Assembly (NCBI GenBank): GCA_963771465.1
Contig: CAVYTU010000014.1
Coordinates: forward strand, 32,001-96,000
DNA length: 64,000 bases
Direction of reading: 5' to 3'
Origin: an uncultured delta proteobacterium
GTDB taxonomy: Bacteria > Desulfobacterota > Binatia > UBA9968
Shown piece after piece: positions 50,801 through 60,146 of the stretch; position 1 is the stretch's first letter, and each line of letters starts with the position of its first letter. A program made the position numbers and the translations under genes. The notes beneath the pieces were generated by a model. It saw only the letters and a list, made by a program, of their open reading frames with translations, made no database searches and was not told the DNA's origin.

Positions 50801-51288
50801 TGGGGCCTGGCGAAGAAGGACTCTTATTGATCAAAGGCCCCAATGTCATGCTCGGCTATTTGAACCAGGGAAGTCTCACCGACCAGGTCATGCGGCGCGG
50901 CTGGTACGTCACCGGAGATATCGTGGCGATCGATGAAGACGGCTTTATCAAGATCACCGATCGCCTATCACGCTTCAGCAAGATCGGCGGCGAAATGGTA
51001 CCGCACATGAAAGTCGAAGAGGCGATCAACGAGGTGCTTGGCAGCGCCGTATCCGTGGTCACCGCCCTGCCCGACCCGCAGCGCGGCGAGAAACTCGTCG
51101 CCTTTTACACCCAGAACGGTTTCAGTCGAGACGTCCTGTGGAGCAAGCTCAATCAAACCGAGCTGCCCAAACTATGGATCCCCAAACGCGAAAATATCCA
51201 CGCCATCGACGCCATCCCGATCCTCGGCTCGGGCAAGGCCGACCTCAAAAAAGTCAAAGCGATGGCGCTGGAACGCGCGGCGAGCTAA
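47896..51288 (+). CDS. aas: Trifunctional LplT-like MFS + acyltransferase + acyl-ACP synthetase
   Basis: QFLGAFNDN MFS start; NHVSFVD and FAEG PlsC motifs; FSSGSTGTPKG, EGYGCTE, TGD adenylation motifs. Confidence 0.9.
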   Translation: MANGNYTETLRQPGFLAFFWTQFLGAFNDNFLKIVVSFVALNLATSASANYVELIAFLFILPSALFSGYAGHLADVYSKRTILVTVKLWEIAIMVFALTAFFFGQIQLMLGAVFLMGLHAAFFSPAKYGILPEMLPEKDLSRGNGLLEMSTFMAIILGTSLGSAIFSVWKYNLPLIGLVMIAIAVLGYWTSLGISHVPPSGAAKLLRLNPFSEIADGLRRLRSERPLWLTVIGISYFWFLGALVQINILFFGKELLHLDEFHIGLLGTFLAIGIGIGSLAAGRLSGDHIELGLVPLGSVAMGLCLALVAWSAPSYPATALALVLLGFSAGLFAVPLNALLQQRSGKEEKGQLIATNNFMNTIGIALAAATHWLLKSPLQLSPDTIILLIGLITLGGTVIILYLLPDYFVRFVLWLITHTVYRIRVVGDDKIPLHGPALLISNHVSFVDAILIGASLPRFVRFMLHREYYDRKSLNWFFRLMRSIPVSATNRRDIIESIKRARNELEKGHAVCIFAEGAISRTGRLLPLKRGFERIVDGTNVPIVPVHLDQLWGSIFSFKNGRFFWKWPGKAPYPVTVSFGAALPPTATVNQVRNAILELESEAVEYRRSASDLLHTKFVAMAKRRWRSFCMADTTGTELTYGKTLIASLLFARWVRTHCPNQAMVGVMLPATVGGSLVNIAILFAGKVPVNLNFTSGAEAMTAAIAQCKIKTIITSEAFLSKANLETMEGMVFVEQIRSSFTEAQKLTTAAKAFLMPALWLNRRAVKQQRPHDLATIIFSSGSTGTPKGVMLSHHNIISNIEGIRQVIHFTPSDRIMGVLPLFHSFGFTATLWLPLLAGFGAVYHPNPTDAKTIGETVQKYRATLLISTPTFFVSYWRRCSKEEFASLRYVIAGAEKLREQIAKGFQEKFGLTILEGYGCTELAPVVAVNTPDVTDGKEKQVGHKPGTVGHPIPGVAAKVIDPDTGQPLGPGEEGLLLIKGPNVMLGYLNQGSLTDQVMRRGWYVTGDIVAIDEDGFIKITDRLSRFSKIGGEMVPHMKVEEAINEVLGSAVSVVTALPDPQRGEKLVAFYTQNGFSRDVLWSKLNQTELPKLWIPKRENIHAIDAIPILGSGKADLKKVKAMALERAAS

Positions 51289-51500
51289 CTCCGATTAAGC
51301 TGTGTTGATCGAGGTGTGACCCTGGAGGAACGAAGGCAGCGGCGCGAATGTTTCATTTTGTGCTCCAAGCTCGGCACGATGCTTGACCTTTGCGCTGCTG
51401 ATCTCATGAGCAACTCGCCGCGCGTGCATCTTCAAGGCACACTGCTTTGCCTTCGTTCCGGAAGGGTTGCGCCTCGATCGAAGTTTCACACAAATACGGG
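51289..51500 (+). mobile_element. MITE-like structured element, copy 1
   Basis: Flanked by CTAA/CTAA; internal ~32-bp inverted repeat gatcgaggtgtgaccct..ggaacgaaggca / tgccttcgttcc..agggttgcgcctcgatc. Confidence 0.75.
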
Positions 51501-51559
51501 CTAACACCGACAATGAATTTCATGCCAAGCGACCACCGCGGAGCGTAGGAGCTAAGCCA

Positions 51560-53420
51560 ATGATATCGACAGCGGAAATCCGCGCCGTATATGAACACGC
51601 AACGACCGAGTTTATCGAGGCGCGTGAGTTCCAAGTGCTGGTTTCCGGCCGAGCGTCGGGAGATTTTGTCCGTCAGTTTTTACTCAACGTTTTTCGCACG
51701 CATTATCTGTCGGCCCATATCGTCGCGCTTTGCTTCGCGGCGCTGCCGTCCAATGCGGCGGCGCTGTTGAAAGAAAATCTCCTCGAAGAAATGGGCCACT
51801 CCGCAGACGAGCCACCCCATTCGGCGTTGTTGCTCAAGCTCGCTGAAGGTATCGGCTGTTCGCCGCAGGAAATTGACAAACTCATCGACGACGCGCGCCG
51901 CCGGGTTGCGGTCTTTTGTGCCACTCGAGTGCCGTTGGCCACCCTGCGTGAAATCTGTCTCGCCGTGCTGCTGGAAACGCTCTCCTTTGAGTTCATGCTG
52001 TCGCGCTGCTCGGGACAAATCGCCACGGCTTTACGCGAGCACTACGGCGTCGCCAAAGCGGCGCTCAAGTGGTTTGAGCTTCACTCCGAAGTGGACATTC
52101 GCCACGCCGAGGAAGGGCTGACGGTGATCGAAGACTACCTCGCGTTTCATCAGATCGGTGATCCGACCTTCGACCTCATCCAGCGTGCGGCTCTTGGCAA
52201 AGTCTTCAGCAAGCATTATTTCCCGGCCGAGGAGCGCGCTTTTGCTTTGCCCGTCGAAAGCAAGAACGCGTCACGCATCGAGGCGATCACCATCTATAAA
52301 CTGAAAATTCCATTTCATCAGGCCTTTCATCACGCCACCCAGCGCCGCGAGGAAAGCGACGCAGTGATCGTGCGGATCAAAGACGCCAGCGGGCAGATCG
52401 GTTACGGCGAAGCGCTGCCGCGTCCCTACGTCACCGGCGAAACCACCGCATCGATGATCGCTCATCTGCGCGGACGGCTGGCGCCGCAGATTTTCGCTCC
52501 CACATGGGTCGCGGGTTGGGCGACCTTCGAGCTTCTCGACTCCTGTCGCGCCGAGTGGACGCGAAGTCATGACAGCGCGGTCAGCGCTTGGAACGCGGCG
52601 TTTTGCGCCGTCGAATTGGCATTGCTCGACTGGAGTTTGAAAAGTCTCAGCCACTTCGCTGTCCGCATTCCTGCCACCGGCACGAAACCAAGTCATCTAC
52701 AGCGGCGTCATTTCTTCCGACAATCCAGCGGAAGCAGCGGCGTTGGCCAAGCGAATGGTCAAATTTGGTTTGCGTCAACTCAAGATCAAAGTCGGCACAT
52801 CGGACGACTACGACCGGGTCGCCGCGGTGCGCCAAGCCGTAGGGCCGGAAGTCGCATTGCGCGCCGATGCCAATGGCGCCTGGAGCGCGGCGCAAGCGGT
52901 CGAGGAATTGCACCGGCTCAAGCCTTTTAACTTACAAGTGATCGAACAACCGGTGCCGCCAGGCGATCTCGCTGGAATGAGAAAAGTCCGAGCGGAAACC
53001 GGCCTGCCGGTGATGGCCGACGAGTCGCTCGTGACCATCGAGCAAGCGCGCCATCTGATCGACGCGCGCGCCTGCGACTATTTCAACATACGCCTGTCCA
53101 AGTGCGGCGGCGTCACCGGCAGCCTGGCGATCGCCAAACTCGCCGCGCAAGCCGGCATCAAAATCCAGGTCGGCGCACAGGTCGGCGAGACGGCGATCCT
53201 TTCCGCCGCCGGCAGGACCTTTGCCGCTCATTTGCCGACGCTCGCGTTCGCCGAGGGTTCCTTCGGCACCTGGTTATTAAGCGAAGACATCGCCTTCGAA
53301 GACGTGAGCTTCGGTTACGCCGGCGTCGCGCCACTGCTCGCAAGCCGCGGCCTCAGCGTGACGGTCAAAGACGAAACCTTGGAACGGCTTGCCGTCGAAA
53401 AGATCGAGCTCAGTCGCTAG
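51560..53420 (+). CDS. Heme-oxygenase-like diiron (CADD/PqqC/TenA-like) domain fused to an enolase-superfamily (MLE/epimerase-like) domain; +1 frameshift at ~52641-52653
   Basis: ENLLEEMG..PPH, FEF, WFELHSEVDIRH; GYGEALPRPYVTGET; after the shift YSGVIS, KIKVG, DAN, EQP, ADES, NIRLSKCGG, GAQVGET. Confidence 0.8.
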
Positions 53421-53673
53421 CCCGGACTATTCATGCCACGAGGAAACCTGACGACACTCTGTTATCGAGGTGCGACCCCAAAGAACCAAAACGTCGGACG
53501 AGGGCAGGGGCGCGAATGTTTCATTTTGTGCTCGGCACTCGGTACGATGTTTAACCTTTTCCCTGCTGATCTCATTAGCAAGTTGTCCCGCGTGCATCTT
53601 CAAGGCACAGCTGCTTTGCCTTCGTTCCGGAGGGGTTGCACCTCGATCGTAGTTTTGCCGCGAATAATTCGCG
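53421..53673 (+). mobile_element. MITE-like structured element, copy 2
   Basis: ctag[cccggactattca...gcgaataattcgcg]ctag; same core as copy 1. Confidence 0.8.
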
Positions 53674-53683
53674 CTAGGCGGTT

Positions 53684-55372
53684 ATGACGTTGGCCCACCG
53701 CGCCGCGCTCTTGCTGAGCGGCCTTCAATGGAATCGCTGGGAGCGCCAAACACGCGATCCGGCTGCCGCGCAAAAACAGCTACTGCGAGAAATCGTTCAG
53801 CGCAATCAATCCACCGCCTTCGGCAGAGATCACGGCTTTAGCTCGATCAAAAGCGTCAAAGATTTCCGCCGCCAGGTGGCGATCGGCGATTATGAAAGTT
53901 TTCGGCCTTATATCGAGCGCGCCAAGCAAGGTGAAAAAGCAGTGCTGACCAGCGAGCCGATACTGATGTTCACCATGACCAGCGGCAGCACCGGCGAGCC
54001 GAAGTTGATCCCCGTAACCGAATCGACGCGTGCGACCCATACCAGACTGACGCGACTTTGGTACAGCCGGGCGTTCCAAGATCATCCGGGGTCGGGTGCG
54101 GGAAAAGTTTTCGGGCTGGTGGGCCGAATGGTCGAAGGGCACACCGCCGGTGGTATCCCCTACGGTGCGGCGTCGGGCCTGATTTATCAATCCAGCCCGG
54201 CTTGGATCAAACGCACGCACGCGCTGCCTTATGAAATCGCCGAGATCAAAGATTTCCAAACCAAGTATTACGCCGCGATGCGGGTCGCCATCGAACAGGA
54301 TGTCACCTTCCTGGGCACGCCCAATCCGAGCACGATACTTCGGCTCGTCGAAACTGCCGATCATTTTCGCGCGGAGATTATCAAAGACATACACGACGGC
54401 AGCTTGTCGAATCGTATTGAATTGGCGGGGGATGTTCGACTGGCGTTGGCGAAATATTTATCGCCGAACCGACAGCGTGCGCAACAATTGGAACAATCGC
54501 TGGCGGGGACCGGACGGCTTCGTCCCATCGACTACTGGCCCCATTTGCGGCTCATCGGTTGCTGGAAAGGTGGCAGCGTCGGCGTTCGTCTCAAAGAATT
54601 GGTCGCTTGGTTCGGCAACCAAGTGCCGGCACGTGACCTCGGCTACATGGCCAGTGAGGCGCAGATGTCGCTGCCGGTGAGCGACAGCGGTTCGGCTGGT
54701 ATTTTAGCGGTCGATGGGAATTTTTATGAGTTCATCCCAGAGTCGGAAATCGCCAGCGCCCATGCCATAGCGCTTGGCTGCGACGAGCTTGAATCAGGCG
54801 GCGTGTATTATCCGATCCTCACCACCGCCGCCGGTCTCTATCGCTACGACATCAACGACGTGATCCGTGTCACCGGCTTTCACGGCAAAACTCCGTTGGT
54901 GGAATTCCTCCGCAAAGGTCGCGATGTCACCAACATCACCGGCGAAAAATTGCACGTCAATCACGTGATCCAGGCGATGGAACAGGCTCAACGCGCCACG
55001 GGCGCCGTGGTGCGGCACTTTCGCGCTTTCGCGGACATGGAAAATTCCCGCTATGCCTTCATGGTTGAGTGCGACGGCGCTAAGGCCAACGACGCAACAC
55101 TCAGCCATTTACTCGCCGAACTGGACGCGTGCCTGTTCGAGATCAATGTCGAATATGCCGATAAACGAAAATCGGCGCGACTCCAAGCGCCCGTACTCTG
55201 CGTCATGAAACACGGCTGGTATGAGCGCAAGGCCGCTGTTGCGCTCCACGCTGGCGCGCGCGACGTCCAGTTCAAAGCGCAGCTGTTGAGCGTCATACCG
55301 GAAGATCCGAGCGAGATCATGGCGCTGTTACAAAATTCGAACTCTGCTGATATCTCCAAAAGACACGATTGA
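53684..55372 (+). CDS. GH3-family (auxin-responsive GH3-like) acyl-adenylate/amide ligase
   Basis: TSGSTGEPKLIP, GYMASE, FYEFIP, GLYRYDINDVI, GEKL. Confidence 0.9.
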   Translation: MTLAHRAALLLSGLQWNRWERQTRDPAAAQKQLLREIVQRNQSTAFGRDHGFSSIKSVKDFRRQVAIGDYESFRPYIERAKQGEKAVLTSEPILMFTMTSGSTGEPKLIPVTESTRATHTRLTRLWYSRAFQDHPGSGAGKVFGLVGRMVEGHTAGGIPYGAASGLIYQSSPAWIKRTHALPYEIAEIKDFQTKYYAAMRVAIEQDVTFLGTPNPSTILRLVETADHFRAEIIKDIHDGSLSNRIELAGDVRLALAKYLSPNRQRAQQLEQSLAGTGRLRPIDYWPHLRLIGCWKGGSVGVRLKELVAWFGNQVPARDLGYMASEAQMSLPVSDSGSAGILAVDGNFYEFIPESEIASAHAIALGCDELESGGVYYPILTTAAGLYRYDINDVIRVTGFHGKTPLVEFLRKGRDVTNITGEKLHVNHVIQAMEQAQRATGAVVRHFRAFADMENSRYAFMVECDGAKANDATLSHLLAELDACLFEINVEYADKRKSARLQAPVLCVMKHGWYERKAAVALHAGARDVQFKAQLLSVIPEDPSEIMALLQNSNSADISKRHD

Positions 55373-55797
55373 ATCCGTCCATGCACGGTCCCGTCCTCGC
55401 CCTGCTGACACTCCTCTTCGCGCTCCGTGTTTTGGGTCAAGCACTCGTCGCGTTTGTCGGCGTTGCTTGGTTGCCAGTCATGGAACAATGGTTTTCCGGA
55501 CTGATTCCCTACCCAACACTTCTCATGATCCAACTCCTCATGCTCATTCTCATGGTGAAAATCACCGGCGAAATCTGGCGCGGCGTAGGCACATTCGCCA
55601 TCCGACGGCCGCACTGGTCACAGTTTTTAATAAGATTTAGCGCCGTCTACGCCGGCGCCATGGTCTTGCGCTATGTTTTGACGATGATTTTACATCCGGA
55701 GAAGCGCTGGCTCGGGGATGTCATCCCAATCATTTTTCACTTCGTGCTGGCAGGGTTCATATTCGTGCTCGGCCACTATCATCGACGCGCACGCTGA
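55369..55797 (+). CDS. Hypothetical 4-TM membrane protein
   Basis: Four hydrophobic segments; WFSGLIPYP and IPIIFH motifs; overlaps the GH3 stop. Confidence 0.7.
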   Translation: MNPSMHGPVLALLTLLFALRVLGQALVAFVGVAWLPVMEQWFSGLIPYPTLLMIQLLMLILMVKITGEIWRGVGTFAIRRPHWSQFLIRFSAVYAGAMVLRYVLTMILHPEKRWLGDVIPIIFHFVLAGFIFVLGHYHRRAR

Positions 55798-55848
55798 TTG
55801 CATGGGCATACATCGCGTGTTAGAAACTTGCTAGTTTTGGAGGATGAA

Positions 55849-56829
55849 ATGGATTTCCAGCAACTGGCGGACAAAGCACTCAACGGCATACTTCCCGAGC
55901 GGGATGAATTGAAAGCAATTCTCAACGCGCCGGACGAACAACTGCCGGAGATATTGAGCGCGGCCTTTAGAGTGCGCCATCACTATTACGGCAAGCGCGT
56001 GCAAATTCATGTCTTGCAGAATGCCAAGAGCGGCTTGTGTCCGGAGGACTGCCACTATTGCTCGCAATCCTCGGTCTCCGAAGCGCCCGTCGAGAAATAT
56101 CCTTTCATGTCCAAAGAGAAATTGGTGGAAAACGCCAGACAGGCCAAAGCCGCCGGCGCCGTGCGCTTTTGCATCGTCAACAGCGGCCGCGGCCCGACCC
56201 ATAAAGAAATCGACGAGATCGCCGACGCCGTGCGCGAGATCAGATCACAAACCGGGATGAATGTTTGCTGCTCGCTCGGCTTGATGAACGAAGACAAGAC
56301 GCAGAAACTAGCGGCCGCCGGCGTCGGCAGGGTCAATCACAATTTGAACACCAGCCGGGAGCGCCACGCCGAGATCGTCACCACTCACACCTACGACGAC
56401 CGCTTGGCGACGATTGAAAGCGTCAAGAGCGCCGGAATCGGCACTTGTTCTGGTGGGATTATCGGCATGGGCGAGAGCGACGACGACATTATCAACCTGG
56501 CGATGACGTTGCGCGCCATGGATATCGACTCGATCCCAGTGAATTTTCTGAACTCGATCCCCAAGACGCCGTTCGAACAAAAGCGCGAACTCACCCCGCA
56601 GCGCTGTTTGAAAACCCTCTGCCTGTTTCGTTTCGTCAATCCAGGCAAAGAAATCCGCGTCGCCGGCGGCCGTGAAGTCAATCTGCGATCGCTGCAGCCG
56701 CTGAGCCTATATCCGGCGAACTCAATGTTCGTCAACGGATATCTCACGACGCCCGGCCAAGACGCTAGCGACGCCCATCAAATGATCCGCGACTTGGGCT
56801 TCGAGCTCGATCAGCCGGCGGCGATCTAG
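55849..56829 (+). CDS. bioB: Biotin synthase
   Basis: CPEDCHYCSQS radical-SAM motif, NHNLNT, CSGGIIGMGE, PVNFL, IRVAGGRE, YLTT. Confidence 0.95.
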   Translation: MDFQQLADKALNGILPERDELKAILNAPDEQLPEILSAAFRVRHHYYGKRVQIHVLQNAKSGLCPEDCHYCSQSSVSEAPVEKYPFMSKEKLVENARQAKAAGAVRFCIVNSGRGPTHKEIDEIADAVREIRSQTGMNVCCSLGLMNEDKTQKLAAAGVGRVNHNLNTSRERHAEIVTTHTYDDRLATIESVKSAGIGTCSGGIIGMGESDDDIINLAMTLRAMDIDSIPVNFLNSIPKTPFEQKRELTPQRCLKTLCLFRFVNPGKEIRVAGGREVNLRSLQPLSLYPANSMFVNGYLTTPGQDASDAHQMIRDLGFELDQPAAI

Positions 56830-56887
56830 GCACAGGTGTGACCGAGAATTAAAAGCGCCCTTTAAACGCAACTCCAAGGAGACTACC

Positions 56888-57397
56888 GTGCGATATGTTA
56901 TCTTTCTCGTCACACTTCTAACAACCGTCAGCGCTGCATCGGCGGCATCGTTCGATGCGCCGAAGCGGAAATCCGGTTTGTGGGAAATCAAAATGTCGAA
57001 TGCCGCTGCCCAGGGCACAACCATGCAGCAGTGCATCGACCAAAGCACCGACGACTTGATGAAGAATAATATGGCGGGAATGGAGAAGCCATCTTGCTCG
57101 AAAAACGAGATGCGCCGCGATGGCGGCAAGATCGTCTCCGAATCCGTCTGTAAGGTCGGCGCCAGCACTGCTACGACCCGCGCGGTTTTTACCGGCCAAT
57201 TCGACACGGCATACAAGGCGGATATCAAGAGCACGTATGAACCGCCGCTTCACGGCATGAAAGAGTCGACATCCGTACTTGACGCGAAATGGCTAGGAGC
57301 GTGTAAGCCGGGACAAAAAGCCGGCGACATTTCGATGCCCGGCATGCCGAATATGAACATGAACGACATGATGAAGAAGCTGCCGAAGCAGCCCTGA
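56888..57397 (+). CDS. DUF3617-like exported protein
   Basis: Signal peptide; RKSGLWEI, QQCID, AKWLGACK. Confidence 0.75.
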   Translation: MRYVIFLVTLLTTVSAASAASFDAPKRKSGLWEIKMSNAAAQGTTMQQCIDQSTDDLMKNNMAGMEKPSCSKNEMRRDGGKIVSESVCKVGASTATTRAVFTGQFDTAYKADIKSTYEPPLHGMKESTSVLDAKWLGACKPGQKAGDISMPGMPNMNMNDMMKKLPKQP

Positions 57398-57642
57398 AGT
57401 TGTCGCGCTAACGTTGGATGGGTCAAGCAAGACGTACTCATCGAATCCTCCTTTGCTCGGATCGCCACGAGGACGTAATCATGGTGCGGGCCGCGCTCTC
57501 AGTTGCAAACTCGCTGCGAAATGCCTAATCTCCTGTCGGATCGCGCCGACATAAATCTGCAGAGTTTTCGAGGGAAAAACTATCTAGTAAGCAATAATAT
57601 AGTTTGGGAGAACCTAAACCTTCATTAACGGAGGAGAACCTT

Positions 57643-58905
57643 ATGATCTCACGAACTTCGTCCCAGATTCGCTTGCTGTTAGCCGGATTAGTTACTTCGC
57701 TAGGATTAACGTTACCACCCATTATTCAATCACAAGAAAAGCCGCCGCCCAACGTCCAGCCCACGCCAACGACAGTTCCTGGTCGCCCCGATATTCCCAA
57801 CGCTGAAATAGCCAAGACGCTGCGCGGCGTGCCGTCACCGCCATTGCCGACACCAGCGGAGAAACTACAGATCGGCCAGCTGAAAATGGCCAAGGGTTTC
57901 AAGCTCGAAGTTTATGCCAGCGGCATCGCCAACGCGCGCTCGCTGCGCATCGGCGACAAAGGCACCGTCTTCGTCAGCAACCGCCAACTCGATAAGGTCT
58001 ACGCGATCGCCGAGCGCAACGGCAAGCGCGAGACCAAAGTGATCGCGTCCGGCTTGGACCGGCCCAACGGGCTCGCCTTTCATAGCGGCACGCTGTACAT
58101 CGGCGAAGGCACCAAAATTTCCAAGCTGGAAAAGATCGAAGATAGTCTCGACAACCCGGGCAAACCCACCGTCATTTACAGCGAACTACCGAATCAACAA
58201 TCGCACGGGTGGAGGTATATCGCCATCGGACCGGACAACAAGCTCTACATAAACGTCGGCGCGCCGTGCAACATCTGCGAACCGCCGGAGACCAACGCAC
58301 AGATTCGCCGCATCAATCTTGATGGCAGCGGCGCGGAAGTGTTTGCTCGCGGCGTGCGCAATTCGGTGGGCTTCGACTGGCATCCGATCACCAAGGATTT
58401 CTATTTCACGGATAATGGCCGTGACTGGCTGTCGGAAGACCTGCCGGAGGATGAGCTCAACCGTGTCACCAAGGTTGGCCAGCATTTTGGATTTCCCTAT
58501 TGTCACCAGGGCAACTTCACGGACCGCGACGTTGGCTGGGGCCGCTCCTGCACCGAGTTCACGCCGCCGGTCGCCTTGATCGGCCCCCACAGCGCCGCGC
58601 TCGGCATGCGCTTCTACACCGGCAACATGTTTCCACGCGAATACCGTAACGCCATCTTGATCGCCCGTCACGGCTCGTGGAATCGCACCCAAAAAATCGG
58701 CGGCGACATCATCGTGGCCAAATTGAATGTAAACGGCACGGTAAAATCGGTTGAGCCGTTCATCACCGGCTTTTTGCACAACAACGAATACTGGGGCCGG
58801 CCGGTCGACGTCCATGTCATGAAAGATGGCTCTATGTTGATCTCGGACGACTATGCCGGCGCGGTTTACCGCGTCACCTACAACCCGCAGGTCGCCAGCC
58901 GTTAA
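57643..58905 (+). CDS. Glucose/sorbosone dehydrogenase family beta-propeller protein
   Basis: GAPCNIC, RGVRNSVGFDW, DNGRD, FGFPYC, HGSWNR, GRPVDV. Confidence 0.9.
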   Translation: MISRTSSQIRLLLAGLVTSLGLTLPPIIQSQEKPPPNVQPTPTTVPGRPDIPNAEIAKTLRGVPSPPLPTPAEKLQIGQLKMAKGFKLEVYASGIANARSLRIGDKGTVFVSNRQLDKVYAIAERNGKRETKVIASGLDRPNGLAFHSGTLYIGEGTKISKLEKIEDSLDNPGKPTVIYSELPNQQSHGWRYIAIGPDNKLYINVGAPCNICEPPETNAQIRRINLDGSGAEVFARGVRNSVGFDWHPITKDFYFTDNGRDWLSEDLPEDELNRVTKVGQHFGFPYCHQGNFTDRDVGWGRSCTEFTPPVALIGPHSAALGMRFYTGNMFPREYRNAILIARHGSWNRTQKIGGDIIVAKLNVNGTVKSVEPFITGFLHNNEYWGRPVDVHVMKDGSMLISDDYAGAVYRVTYNPQVASR

Positions 58906-58920
58906 GCGATCAGCATCTCC

Positions 58921-58951
58921 GCCGCGGGCAACTCAGCCCGCGGCGCTTTTT
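58921..58951 (+). terminator. Rho-independent terminator-like hairpin
   Basis: gccgcggg-caactcag-cccgcggc followed by gcttttt. Confidence 0.6.
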
Positions 58952-58966
58952 CCCTTCTCGTCTCAA

Positions 58967-59112
58967 TTGAAGATCAAACTCGGTCGCCGTTACTCACTCG
59001 CGCTGGCGTTAACAGCGCTCTCAATATCGTTTCGCTGCGATGGGCGGACGTGATGCATCCTCTGACCGATGCGAATCTCCAGGATCTTGCACACCATCTC
59101 GCCCGGCTGTAA
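58967..59112 (+). pseudogene. Probable internally deleted cytochrome c4/c553-type gene remnant
   Basis: Signal-like LKIKLGRRYSLALALTALS joined to ...ADVMHPLTDANLQDLAHHLARL*; no CxxCH left. Confidence 0.45.
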
Positions 59113-59138
59113 TACGAACGCCATTCGTGGCGCCAGCT

Positions 59139-60017
59139 TCACTTCCACCAACTGATCAGAATCACGCCGCCGACGATCAGCGCCGCGCTGACGACGATCC
59201 TCAGCGTCACGCGCTCGACGCCGCGCAAGAATATCGCTGTCAAAATGAGCGAGAATAAAGGACCCGTGCTGCTGATCGGAATGACGACCGAGACCTTGCC
59301 GAGATCGAGCGCGTAGTAGATGCAAGTCATGGCTAAACTGACGGTCACGCCGGCGGCGAGAAACCACCAGAAACACTGCCGGTTCATCTTCCAGCTTTCT
59401 TGAGTTTTCTCGACGTACCAGAGCGTCAGCACGGACACGACTAACGACGAACTCGCGGTGACGGCGGCGGCGAGCAAGGGATGGGGCACGGCGGCAAGGC
59501 CGAACTTGCGCACCACCTGAGAAGTCCCGGCCAATGCCGACGCGGCGATCGGATACCAGAGGTAAATCGCCGAGCCGGCGAGTTGCATCGAATCACGGCG
59601 CCATGACAGAAGAATAATTCCGGCGATAATCATCAAAGTCGCGGCGAGGATCGGCAGGGTGAGGTCTTCGCCGAGAAAAATAATCGCCATGAGGGCGCTA
59701 AAGAGCGGCGTGCTGGCGCGAATCGGATCGGTGATCGCTACGCCGAGCGTGTCGATGCCTTTGTAAGTCAGCAAGCGCGTCAATCCCGGTTGGAAAAAGC
59801 CCACGCCGACGAAGATCAAAATCGAAGCCGCGGTAACGTTCGCCATCGGCACAAGCAAGAGCGCCATGGCCCAAAGAAACACGATGTTGATCAACAGGCT
59901 GCTGATCACACCGGTCGCCGGATTCGAATAGCGCAGCGCTTTTTTAGTGAAGAGATTGTGCAGCGCAAACAGAAACGCGTTAGCAAGAGCGTAAAACTCA
60001 GCGGGGATATCGGTCAT
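59139..60017 (-). CDS. EamA/DMT family transporter
   Basis: Two 5-TM repeats; ALDLGKVSVVIPI, FLRGVERVT. Confidence 0.85.
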   Translation of the reverse strand: MTDIPAEFYALANAFLFALHNLFTKKALRYSNPATGVISSLLINIVFLWAMALLLVPMANVTAASILIFVGVGFFQPGLTRLLTYKGIDTLGVAITDPIRASTPLFSALMAIIFLGEDLTLPILAATLMIIAGIILLSWRRDSMQLAGSAIYLWYPIAASALAGTSQVVRKFGLAAVPHPLLAAAVTASSSLVVSVLTLWYVEKTQESWKMNRQCFWWFLAAGVTVSLAMTCIYYALDLGKVSVVIPISSTGPLFSLILTAIFLRGVERVTLRIVVSAALIVGGVILISWWK

Positions 60018-60146
60018 GCGTTGGAGCGAAGCCGGGGGGTCGTGACTTGCCAGTGAACTCAATTGCAGACCGAGCTATACAAGCTCGACTAGGAAAGCGC
60101 AACTAAAAGGCTGGCCGGCAAGAGCGAGACGGGTGCGGCTTTTGAA

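Noticed and set aside
51316-51504. Small ORFs inside the repeat copies (RECFILCS-containing peptides, also at 53433 and 62000)
   Set aside because: Frames, starts and lengths differ between copies; the similarity just reflects the DNA repeat
52637-52655. Programmed ribosomal frameshift in the HDO-enolase gene
   Set aside because: No canonical slippery heptamer; the shift falls mid-domain; other 1-bp indels in the window point to sequencing error
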